DNA of 43,162 nt from Octopus bimaculoides (lineage: Eukaryota). Positions 1 through 11,372 of the stretch are shown in pieces. Below the pieces are notes generated by a model that had not been told where the DNA came from, made no database searches, and saw only the letters and a program-made list of their open reading frames with translations. Position numbers and translations under genes: made by a program. The stretch lies in NCBI RefSeq assembly GCF_001194135.2, contig NC_068985.1:38863301-38906462 (forward strand). The letters are read 5' to 3'. Position 1 is the first letter of the stretch. Each line of letters begins with the position of its first letter.

Positions 1-1860
1 ATATATATATATATATATATAAAGAGCCGAGGCTGTCTTTATTTCTTCTTATGTTGATAAATTAAAAAGCAAGTTATATATGAATTGCTCTTTATCAATT
101 ATATCCCACAATTCTACTGAACATTGTCAAACGACTTTAAAGAAATAGCAGTCCTTTAAATTATAATCTTAAAAATTAGGTATATTTGCTAATAGGGTTA
201 CGTACATCCGTACATTCTGATTACACGCATTTGTTTGTAGAAACGTTATTTGATGAATTCATATTCCGTTCGAAACATTAGAAAATTACCATTTTATTTC
301 TCACACATTTTCAATATTTCGTTGCTTTATTATCTTTACGTTGTTTTTTCGGCTTGTTTCTTGCATTATTATTTCTTATTTATTCAGTTATTTCCGTTTG
401 AAATATCTGAAATTACGCTTAGATTTGTTTATGTTGTTTCCATCATTAATTTTTATATTCTTTTTCCGTTACCACCTCAAGCTTCTATTTCAGGTCCCAT
501 TTGAAATATTCGTGACATTTTGCAATTACATTTTCATTGCTTTCACGCTGAACAATTATCACTCCAGGTAAATTCTCTTTATGCATTCTGTTTCCCGTTA
601 TACATATATTCAAAGCTTACATATTCACCAGCCTTCAATATCTGTGTGTAACACACTCACATCTACTTTGATTTGTTCGCTCTCGCACTTGTACATGATT
701 CTACATTCACAAAACACCATTAATTATTGATATCTTCTGAAAGAGCAGATGCACCACCAAACAATACTATACGCACATCTGACGATTGATATTAAACCGC
801 ACGTTCTCTATAAATATTTTCAATCTTTCCTTTTACGATTTGCGCTTTAAAAGTTCTGCATCTATAAATATATCGAAATAATTTGCAATTATTCAACATC
901 TCTGCCTGCAATACTCAGTTCCGCTTCGCCAACATTAATTTCTCATGTCTTCCATTCATTTACATTCCTCGAACCTTCGTCGTTTTGTATACTTCATTTC
1001 ATCCACAACATTCTGCATATTTTAAGTGATTATGAGACTTAAATCAATTAATAAAATATTTATGCTGTTCATATTATCACTTCTGTCTTTTCTATATTTC
1101 AAATTTGCAGTTCTTTGAGCATTTTAAGCACAAAACGCTCCAGTAGTCACGATACGTGCAAGAAATCACATCGACAAAATCAAGACATTTGAGAATGTAA
1201 TTAAACATTTCATAGACAAAATATTTTAAAGAAATATGTTTATATTTTATATTTATTTAATTTTTTTATATTTTGTTAATAAATTACTTGTAACAAAATA
1301 AATTTATGGTAAAGCATTTCGTTTATTTTGGTCGTTATTATAAAAAGAACTTATTTATAAACAAAACGCTTTCATTTACAAAATCGACATTTTCTCGTTA
1401 TTTACTCTAAATTATGCTTCTTCATAAATCCTTTTAGACTGAAAATCCAGCAACTCTTGGATCACTATTGATCGATAAAAGGTAGAGAAAGTGCATACAA
1501 TCCTTTTAATTTATGCAACGTACAGATTTTATTTAGTGACATATCAGTTTAGGTGATATTAACTTCACAATAATTATATTTTGATTTGTTTAAGTACCCT
1601 TATATCTAATCAGTGTCTGAACAATGAATATCTATCACTTTTGACTGAATAAACATATACGATTTCTTGTCAGCAAAAAACTATTTCGTTAGGATAGATG
1701 GAATTGATTACTCCTCTCTGACAATATTTGTTTCATCTTCTTTAAATGATGCGTCAGATATTTTAGGAAAATTTTATGAATTAAACAAAAACGTATAATT
1801 CATCAAAGTAAAGTTGTAGTTGAAGACAAATTGGTATAAATAAACTCGAAAATTCTTTTA

Positions 1861-2992
1861 TCACTCCTGCCCAATGAATCCATCGTTAGCGTCAATGACC
1901 GCCTCAACACGGAGTCGGAAGCGTTGACACGCCTGAATCGGATGATTTTAATCAATTTTGGACATAGTACTGTTTATGGCGGACTTGGGAGATCGCATGG
2001 TGTTATGGGGATATTGATTGACTTATCTCTCGACTACGCCTCATGCATAATAGTCCAGTGGATAGTGGTCTGATGATGTAGGAGTTCATGTGTCTGCGAG
2101 AATATTATCATGAACATTGGTATGCATCTACCCTTGCGTTGTCTTAGCGTTATGAGACAGTGCCGGTTCTTGTATAAAGACCTATGGTTTCCGTTGTGTA
2201 TTCTGTCTGTCCATCGCCTCATAACTCTCTAGAACACCTGTATAGAGACAGTTGCTTTGACTCTTAAGCCTTGTGAAAAAAAGTGAGGAGGCATGACATC
2301 TCCCTCTTTTCCGATGGCTCCCATAACCACCACAGTTGTCGGGAATCTAGAATGCATGACCGTTGGAACCACATTCGGGTCTCTGCAAAACCATATGTCG
2401 TTCCTTCGGTTTACATTCTGGTCCTGATAGAACTTATTCTTATCAGTAAGAACCAAAGCATTTCAGCCACTTGGTGTTTTAAATTGTGTAGCAAGCAGCA
2501 CTTTGCGTGGATCAAACGATTCTATCATATATCCGACATAAACTGACACCTGGGTATTACACAAGTCTTGTACCGGATATCCTCATACACCAGTCTTCTG
2601 ATGATGTATTCTGAAATTTTAAGGTCCTTTGCAATACCTCCGATTGCCTTTCCGGAATCTTCGATTATTTCTTGGGCTTTTTGTACAGTTATATGTTGTG
2701 ATGGTATTAGAGTCCTGCGCATGAGTTATGTGTTTAGATGCTGATGTTGGATCCCTATCAGCAGTGACTAGCGCCTTCCGAACTTTGACAACGAAGGATC
2801 CGGAAACTTTCTGAAAGCAAGCTATCTCTGTATCACTATGCTGCACTTATAAGGCGTCAGCATGACTTTTCATTTGCTTAGACAACTAAATGTTAAATAG
2901 ATTTTTATCTGAAAAGTAAATTAAAAAATATATGTTAGAAGAAAGTTAGAGCTTTTGGAGCAGATGTCCGCAAAAAAAACTTACACATCCTG
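1861..2992 (-). mobile_element. Decayed Tc1/mariner-superfamily DNA transposon of the DD37D (maT) type; transposase pseudogene
   Basis: Minus-strand fragments with stops and frameshifts: DKNKFYQDQNVNRRND..VPTVMHSRFPTTVVVMGAIGKEGDVMPPHFFSQGLRV, then VFIQEPALSHNAKTTQ..SSDHYPLDYY..ACQRFRLRVEAVIDANDGFI. I count 37 residues between the QE (normally QD) position and the D of PLDY. The 5' terminus CAGGATGTGTAAG follows TA at 2993-2994. The 3' TIR was not recognised. Confidence 0.88.
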
Positions 2993-3937
2993 TATTTCTA
3001 TATTTAATAATTCTTTACATGACCTCTCTTCGATTTTAGGACTGGACATGCGATAATATGATATTATTCACATAGGCATACATTTATGTACGTGGTTTTA
3101 TGCATTTCTCTATACGGATAGAAAATGACATAACATGGGAATGCAGGTCTTGAAAGATATGTACATATCTGCAAGAGATGACATTCCGATTCATTTATGT
3201 TCTCGCTTAAGCGTTCAGCACATATACGCTTAACTCCACGATGGCCTGGATAGAACCTATAAAATTCAGCAGCGCGTGGAAGCCGTTAGTGTCTTTTCAC
3301 TCTGACTACTGTTGCAACGATTTCGTTTATAGTTATTGGAAATCGCTTAAATAGGTAGGTACAGAGAAGGCTAACACGTTTTCGGTCATATTTCTCAGTC
3401 AAGCTGACATGGAGCTCAGCAGAACTTTATTTTTCTTTCCAAATGTAAACACCGAGATAGCTCATTCCAAACAAATATATTCAGTTTTATTTTTATATTG
3501 CAATTATTTCTATATTGCAATTACATAAAGCTTCATTTTCTTATGTGGTAAACATATTACACATTCCGGAAGAAGCAATTGGTAATGCCAATATGATCGA
3601 CACATCTCAGAACAACGTCAACACTTTTAGTAACGTCTGAAAACAGAACATGTAAATATCCACACACCTATTTTTTATTGCTTCTTATATTTATTTCAAA
3701 TAGACTCTATGAAAGTGTATTATATATTTATATCTCTGCCGAGGGGTAATTTATTCCGCCAAAATTGAAAGAATGCACTACATCATTTATTCAACAGCAG
3801 GCGATAGCTTGAGGAAAGAGGTACTGTTTGAATTAGCGACGACATTACACTGCACCTTGCTAACTACAGGGCAATCTTCTCTACCAGCAGTTATCTCATT
3901 CGGTTAAAATGTCTTACGGTTAAGTCGGCTCTTATCA

Positions 3938-4028
3938 ATTTCCCTGAAGAGAAGATTACATCTTTATCAACATCACTCATTCCTTTGGAAGAAAACCATT
4001 TGTAATCATCGAAACATATGTCGGAAAT
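3938..4028 (+). ncRNA. Type I (minimal) hammerhead ribozyme motif
   Basis: Stem I ATTTCC 3938-43 / GGAAAT 4023-28. Core CTGAAGA 3944-50. Stem II GAAGATTACA 3951-60 / TGTAATCATC 4001-10 (9 of 10 pairs, G-C closing). GAAA 4011-14. Stem III A-U and C-G with palindromic ATAT loop. GTC cleavage triplet 4020-22. Confidence 0.8.
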
Positions 4029-4934
4029 AAAAAAATTCATTTAACATATGTGTAATACTCCATTTATTAAATTTTATATTTACTCAAATACCCCAAATTA
4101 ACAGGGAGTTTCTAACTCGTAGACAGGAGTCACACCACAGTTATTTTGTGATCTTTGCTACCCTGGTATCTATTAACCAATTTGTTTTGTCAGAGTTAAT
4201 TGTTAACTAAGAGAAAATAAGTACATATAATCAAATATATATANNNNNNNNNNNNNNNNNNNNNNNNNNNNNNNNNNNNNNNNNNNNNNNNNNNNNNNNN
4301 NNNNNNNNNNNNNNNNNNNNNNNNNNNNNNNNNNNNNNNNNNNNNNNNNNNNNNNNNNNNNNNNNNNNNNNNNNNNNNNNNNNNNNNNNNNNNNNNNNNN
4401 NNNNNNNNNNNNNNNNNNNNNNNNNNNNNNNNNNNNNNNNNNNNNNNNNNNNNNNNNNNNNNNNNNNNNNNNNNNNNNNNNNNNNNNNNNNNNNNNNNNN
4501 NNNNNNNNNNNNNNNNNNNNNNNNNNNNNNNNNNNNNNNNNNNNNNNNNNNNNNNNNNNNNNNNNNNNNNNNNNNNNNNNNNNNNNNNNNNNNNNNNNNN
4601 NNNNNNNNNNNNNNNNNNNNNNNNNNNNNNNNNNNNNNNNNNNNNNNNNNNNNNNNNNNNNNNNNNNNNNNNNNNNNNNNNNNNNNNNNNNNNNNNNNNN
4701 NNNNNNNNNNNNNNNNNNNNNNNNNNNNNNNNNNNNNNNNNNNNNNNNNNNNNNNNNNNNNNNNNNNNNNNNNNNNNNNNNNNNNNNNNNNNNNNNNNNN
4801 NNNNNNNNNNNNNNNNNNNNNNNNNNNNNNNNNNNTATTGCTGTATTTCGGGATAGTAATTTGTCTTTTTTCAGTTTTTTTTTTGTCAAATAAACACATG
4901 CTCTATATATTCGTTCTTCATTCGTTTGTTATTG

Positions 4935-5113
4935 TTCTTATCCTAACTCATGTCCATTATCCGGAAAACTTTTGTCACACGTCTGTGACCTCCAGTGTTG
5001 TCAGAATGGAATAAGCAGAGCAAGAGCACACACGAAGACCGAAAGTGTTGCTGAGGAGGTCACAGATGTGTGGCGGAATATTTCCAGACAATGGACACGA
5101 GTTAGAATGAGAA
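4935..5113. repeat. Imperfect ~60-bp inverted repeat whose arms resemble degenerate hammerhead cores (possible Penelope-like terminus or MITE)
   Basis: Reverse complement of 4935-4995 (CTGGAGGTCACAGACGTGTGACAAAAGTTTTCCGGATAATGGACATGAGTTAGGATAAGAA) aligns with 5051-5113 (CTGAGGAGGTCACAGATGTGTGGCGGAATATTTCCAGACAATGGACACGAGTTAGAATGAGAA). Confidence 0.7.
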
Positions 5114-5322
5114 TAGTAATAAACGAGAGAAAAAAACGATTATATAGTACGTATGTTTACTTGGTAAAACAGAGAAGAAAATAGACGACGAAATACAACA
5201 ATATCTTTTTAAACACACGAATTCCCATCAGGAATATAACAACACAAATTCATATATATATATATTTGTGTGTGTGTCTATGTTTGTGCGTGTGTAAGTG
5301 TGTGTGCATACACACATATATA

Positions 5323-5565
5323 TAACTTGTTTCCACCGAAGTTTCGTCCAGGCCATGTTTAGCTTAAAACGTATTTAGCTAATTCTATCAGGTGGTGCTA
5401 TTAAGTCGAGTTTTGTGCTATCATGGTCCATTCGAGTCGGGAGTTCTTGTTGAGTGAGCTATATCCAGGTATAGGTGGCTTATCTAGTATTCCTTGAAGA
5501 AAATTGTCCAGATTCCGTTGAAAGGTGATGGGATCCTTTTCTTCTTTGATCTGCTTCGGGACAAT
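5323..5565 (-). mobile_element. 3' end of a CR1/L2-like LINE (ORF2 C-terminus plus short 3' UTR), 5'-truncated
   Basis: Translation VPKQIKEEKDPITFQRNLDNFLQGILDKPPIPGYSSLNKNSRLEW resembles the F.LP..IR....FK..LD.FL..IPD.P..PGY C-terminus of invertebrate CR1-like ORF2. Both ends abut TA/TG microsatellites. Confidence 0.65.
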
Positions 5566-5755
5566 ATATATATATACATACAGAGAGAGACAGACAGACA
5601 CACAGACTGACAGACAGATAGACAGATAGAGACAGAGATGCATATTCATCCATTTATTTATGTATGTGTATTTATGTGTATATATGTATGACTTCATATT
5701 AAAAGTAACACGTATATTCTTAGATTACTAGACGGATAACACACACAAACACATA

Positions 5756-5822
<67 letters not shown>

Positions 5823-5914
5823 AAGAAAGACAATAGAGAGAGAGAGATAGCATGAGATAATGATTTCGAGTAGGAAGTTGATTAAAACTAAAACAGAGTG
5901 AAGGGATAAACAAT

Positions 5915-5985
<71 letters not shown>
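5566..5985. repeat. Compound microsatellites (TA)n, (CAGA)n/(TAGA)n, (TG)n, (GA)n
   Basis: Directly visible; source of the HTHT/YIYI pseudo-ORFs. Confidence 0.95.
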
Positions 5986-5986
<1 letters not shown>

Positions 5987-6691
5987 ACTTGTGTCTGCGT
6001 GCGTCTGTGAGTGAATTTGAGGGTAGCTGCATGGGGTAGGTGTGCTTCGGAGGAAAGCAGAATTAGCGATAAAATCGAGAAAAAAGAAATTTGTGTTGAA
6101 TTCAATTCCACATGGCAAGTAATCTGATAAATTCCGGGTGCATTAATGAATCCGATTCCAATTAAGAAACTAATTACAGCTGACTGCAGTTGTCATTTTG
6201 GAGTGCCTTGGAAAAAGTGCGCAAAAACGTAAAAAAAAAAACAACATCAAAAGTAAACAACATCAAAAACATCAGACGAAGAAAGCAACAAAAGAAAGCT
6301 AAAGGAGTCAATCTAAAACGAATGTACTCTGTGCCTAAAGCGTAAATTTCCATGCACTCATGGAATATATGTGCACAAAGACATACACAGCCGCACAGGC
6401 GCACGCAAGCAGCTAATCTTGCGCGCACATTTACAAAGACACAAGCGCTGTGCCACTGTACAAGGTTTAAGATCGTTAAATAAATATGTAACTTTGAAGA
6501 TATTTCAACGTCGACTTCGTTACCTGTCTTTTACTCGTTTTCTTTCACTCGTTCGTTCCATTTTTTCCACCTTCTCCCCTACAAATGCGTATGTGTGTGT
6601 GTGTATGGGTGTGTGTGAGTGTATATATGTGCGTGCATGTAGATGTGTATAAGTAACTACACACACACGCACAGTCATACACACACGCATG

Positions 6692-6729
<38 letters not shown>

Positions 6730-7421
6730 NNNNNNNNNNNNNNNNNNNNNNNNNNNNNNNNNNNNNNNNNNNNNNNNNNNNNNNNNNNNNNNNNNNNNNN
6801 NNNNNNNNNNNNNNNNNNNNNNNNNNNNNNNNNNNNNNNNNNNNNNNNNNNNNNNNNNNNNNNNNNNNNNNNNNNNNNNNNNNNNNNNNNNNNNNNNNNN
6901 NNNNNNNNNNNNNNNNNNNNNNNNNNNNNNNNNNNNNNNNNNNNNNNNNNNNNNNNNNNNNNNNNNNNNNNNNNNNNNNNNNNNNNNNNNNNNNNNNNNN
7001 NNNNNNNNNNNNNNNNNNNNNNNNNNNNNNNNNNNNNNNNNNNNNNNNNNNNNNNNNNNNNNNNNNNNNNNNNNNNNNNNNNNNNNNNNNNNNNNNNNNN
7101 NNNNNNNNNNNNNNNNNNNNNNNNNNNNNNNNNNNNNNNNNNNNNNNNNNNNNNNNNNNNNNNNNNNNNNNNNNNNNNNNNNNNNNNNNNNNNNNNNNNN
7201 NNNNNNNNNNNNNNNNNNNNNNNNNNNNNNNNNNNNNNNNNNNNNNNNNNNNNNNNNNNNNNNNNNNNNNNNNNNNNNNNNNNNNNNNNNNNNNNNNNNN
7301 NNNNNNNNNNNNNNNNNNNNNNNNNNNNNNNNNNNNNNNNNNNNNNNNNNNNNNNNNNNNNNNNNNNNNNNNNNNNNNNNNNNNNNNNNNNNNNNNNNNN
7401 NNNNNNNNNNNNNNNNNNNNN

Positions 7422-7468
<47 letters not shown>

Positions 7469-7737
7469 TACACACTTAACATATATATATGTATGTCTGT
7501 ATATATATATATATATATTATATGTATGTATGTATGCATATAGATACATATATATGTATACATACATACATATATACATACATACACACATACATACTTA
7601 CATTCATATACATACACGTACATGCATACATACACACATACATACATACATACATATATACATGCATACATACATACATGCATGCATACAAACATACATT
7701 CAAACATGCATACATACATACATACATACATACATAG
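7422..7737. repeat. (TA)n grading into a degenerate (CATA)n microsatellite
   Basis: Directly visible; flanks an assembly gap. Confidence 0.95.
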
Positions 7738-8130
7738 AGAGATGGCTGCAAATATTTGTTGGAGCGAATGTTTAAATGACTAAATCAGGGTGTGTTTCCT
7801 TAATTACGTGTTCTGAGTGTATATCTATACAAATTACTTTCACGTAAATGCACACACGCATACAGAAAAATGTATAAAAGCTACAAACGTTTATAAGAGC
7901 TAAATATGGTTTCGTGTCTGTGCGAGCGCGTGTGTCTTCTTTTCTGTTATATGTAAGTAAATCGAAATGAAAGGAAATTTAATTAAAAGCCCCGAAGGAA
8001 GAATAAGTTGATAAGGCAAGATAAAAGATAGATAAAAGACACATTTAAATACACCACCAGTCACACCATCAGCTACAGACATTATACTTTCTCGCATACA
8101 TTCATGTAAGTATACTACATNNNNNNNNNN

Positions 8131-8153
8131 TATATATATACATATATATATAA

Positions 8154-8184
<31 letters not shown>

Positions 8185-8269
8185 ATTACATATATATACA
8201 TACATACTTACATATATACATGCATATATATATACATATATATATATACATATAAATATATGTATGTAT

Positions 8270-8320
<51 letters not shown>

Positions 8321-8368
8321 ATATAGATAGATAGGTATACAGATAGATAGGTAGACAGACAGACAGAC

Positions 8369-8436
<68 letters not shown>

Positions 8437-8555
8437 GTGTGTGTGTACAGAAGGTTATGCGTATACCTATATATGCATGTTTGTCTGTGTGTTTCTGTGA
8501 ATATATATATGCATGTGTATTTGTGCGTGTGTGTGTGTGTGTGTGTGTTTGCGTG
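8131..8555. repeat. Compound (TA)n/(CA)n/(GACA)n/(GATA)n/(TG)n microsatellite
   Basis: Directly visible, including a long pure (GATA)n run at about 8370-8435. Confidence 0.95.
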
Positions 8556-8974
8556 CGTATTCATACCGAACAATGCCTGAAATTTCTTTTACTGATTGGA
8601 TTCTCTTTCAGTGGAACATGAAATTTTATTCATTTGAAAATGTGTCATAGTAACGTGAAGATCATTGCCGCTGGGGCTGTTTTTTCCCCCACTTCAATCT
8701 TTCAAGTAAATATTAATGCTAAATAATTCTGGCTTATATAGTGAAATAAATATTTCATCTCAAATGTGGCTATGCCTAACAGTTTGGAAACCTGAAATTG
8801 GTCGCCAAAACGGATGCACGTTACTGGTGTAAGAGTTTATGACCAAGATAAGACTGATTGAACAATCACACGACCAAAACCTTTTCAATGATGACAATCG
8901 TACAGTTTTGGTAGTTTGTATGACCACAATATAAATTTGCTGCAATTTAATAATGCAATTAGTGCGGGAGAGAA

Positions 8975-9175
8975 ATCTAATCGACTGGCTCCCTTCCCCA
9001 GAATTTCAGGCCTTGTGCCTAGAGTAGAAAAGAATCGTTAGCACACCAGGCAAAATGCTTAGCGATATTTCGTCCCTATTCACGTTCTGAGTTCAAATTC
9101 CACTGAGGTCGACTAAACATTTACTATCCCCCTCCTCAAAATGTCAGACCTTGTGCCTATCGTAGAAAATATCAT
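8975..9175 (+). mobile_element. Two tandem partial copies of tRNA-derived SINE family A
   Basis: Tail AATCGACTGG..GGCCTTGTGCCTAGAGTAGAAAAGAAT (8975-9035), then head AGAATCGTTAGCAC..AAATGCTTAGCG..GAGTTCAAATTCC..GAGGTCGACT joined directly to a second tail. Both match the copy at 14127-14318. Confidence 0.8.
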
Positions 9176-10150
9176 TATGTTAGTGCATAAATCAAATCAA
9201 ATAAAACCAATAATTGAAAATAAAGGTTTCAAATAATATTTCAAAAGTATTTCTACGCTAATTCGGTTTGGAGATGAAGTTCTTCAGGAGGATGCTCAAA
9301 GAGTATTCACGGCCCCCTCCCACCACCACCACCACCAGAGTGTATTTTAATATATCGTTTCTGTTAAATCTAAAGTTCTTAATTTTAGTCGTTCGTACAA
9401 AATATAAGTTCGCCTGATTTTATAGATACCCTTAACCTTGTGGTTTTGTATGGTGAAACCGGCAAAAAAATAGAAAAAAATTTCATCTGTTTCCAATTTG
9501 GACTTTACTTACTTTTTTTTTTTTCATTAAAAAAAAAAAAACTTCCTAGTCTCACTCGACATATTGAAAGATGTCATATGCNNNNNNNNNNNNNNNNNNN
9601 NNNNNNNNNNNNNNNNNNNNNNNNNNNNNNNNNNNNNNNNNNNNNNNNNNNNNNNNNNNNNNNNNNNNNNNNNNNNNNNNNNNNNNNNNNNNNNNNNNNN
9701 NNNNNNNNNNNNNNNNNNNNNNNNNNNNNNNNNNNNNNNNNNNNNNNNNNNNNNNNNNNNNNNNNNNNNNNNNNNNNNNNNNNNNNNNNNNNNNNNNNNN
9801 NNNNNNNNNNNNNNNNNNNNNNNNNNNNNNNNNNNNNNNNNNNNNNNNNNNNNNNNNNNNNNNNNNNNNNNNNNNNNNNNNNNNNNNNNNNNNNNNNNNN
9901 NNNNNNNNNNNNNNNNNNNNNNNNNNNNNNNNNNNNNNNNNNNNNNNNNNNNNNNNNNNNNNNNNNNNNNNNNNNNNNNNNNNNNNNNNNNNNNNNNNNN
10001 NNNNNNNNNNNNNNNNNNNNNNNNNNNNNNNNNNNNNNNNNNNNNNNNNNNNNNNNNNNNNNNNNNNNNNNNNNNNNNNNNNNNNNNNNNNNNNNNNNNN
10101 NNNNNNNNNNNNNNNNNNNNNNNNNNNNNNNNNNNNNNNNNNNNNNNNNN

Positions 10151-10200
<50 letters not shown>

Positions 10201-10404
10201 GCATATATATATCTTCCCCTCTCTCCACTCTCTTATACATTTACACGCTCATGTATTTTATACATAAGTATAAAGCGATTTATGTTACCAGAATTTTCCG
10301 ACTCGAGTCGAACAGAAAGATCTACCCTAAATCTTATTTAGAGTATCCGTGTTAATTAATTTAGAACTGACTAGCTTGTACTGTCATCGAGCTTATAATG
10401 TATA

Positions 10405-10587
10405 ATAACCCTTTCTATTATAGGCGATTACGTCAACTCCAGTATTCAACTGGTATTTAAAATATCGGCCCGAAAGGATGAAAGGCAAAGTCGACCTCGA
10501 CGGAATTTGAATACGGAACACAGCAGCATACGAAATACCGCTAAGCATTTCGCCCGTATTGCTAACAATTCTGCCAGCTCACCGCCT
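10405..10587 (-). mobile_element. SINE family A copy
   Basis: Reverse complement reads GGCGGTGAGCTGGCAGAATTGTTAGC..GCGAAATGCTTAGCGGTATTTCG..TTCAAATTCCGTCGAGGTCGACTTTGCCTTTCATCCTTTCGGG, matching 13895-14126. Confidence 0.85.
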
Positions 10588-10610
10588 TATACAATCTTTT
10601 CTACTCTTCA

Positions 10611-11372
10611 TGAGGCAGTGTACCGATTGACATCGCTATATTTACTCCGTAAGTTGTAAAATTTGTATTTTTATGATCAGGTGCATGCTGAAGTCTGCGA
10701 TTTTTGTAACGGACAGCGTATCACTCGTGAAATTTTGCTTTAAACTTAGGAGACCTGCTACAGAGACATTGAGCATGCTTCGGTAAGCTTACAGCGATGA
10801 GGCAATGGGTCGTATGCAATGTTTCCAGCGGCACGGGCGCTTCAAAAGGCACGATAGAGCCGCAGCTCAATCAACAGCATGCCCATCGTTTTTTTTTTTT
10901 TTGACGTCTGTTCGTATTGTGCATAGAGAATTCGCCTCCCTGGGCCAGGCAGTCAGTAGATAGTTCGACTGCGACGTTTTGAAACTTTTGAGGAAGGACA
11001 TTTCGCGAAAGCAACCGGATTTGTGTAGCGCGAGGAATCGGATTCTACGCGACAACAATGCAGCCTACCACTGAACTTTCCTCACTTGTGAGTTTCTCGC
11101 CAAAACAACGCTTTATCGCTCCCGCACACACCCTATTTGTCAGATTTAGAACCTTCGGATTCTATCTCTTTCCCAAGATGAAAATGCAGAGATCCAGAGC
11201 GAATCGCAGAAAGTCCTCAACTCGCTTAAGGAAAACGACATCCAAATCAGATTTGTGAAGTTGCAGGAACGGTGCAAGGTGACTATTTAGAAGGAGATGA
11301 TTTAAAATTTTAGGTAAATAAGTTATTTCTTATTAAACATAACTAGTCCGCGAACCTTTTGATACCACCTCG
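10611..11372 (+). mobile_element. Internally deleted mariner element; transposase pseudogene
   Basis: Fragments across frameshifts: KFCFKLRRPATETLSMLR*AYSDEAMGRMQCFQRHGRFK (N-terminal HTH), SMPIVFF, LRDNNAAYH, PHTPYLSDLEPSD, GDYLEGDD. 3' TIR CTAGTCCGCGAACCTTTTGATACCACCTCG followed by TA at 11373-74. The 5' TIR is eroded. Confidence 0.85.

Noticed and set aside
4203-10355. Long ORFs of 200-400 aa in the track (also those at 26847-27452 and 32039-32896)
   Set aside because: They run through N-gaps and (TA)n/(CA)n/(CATA)n repeats (YIYI, HTHT, X runs) and are not coding.
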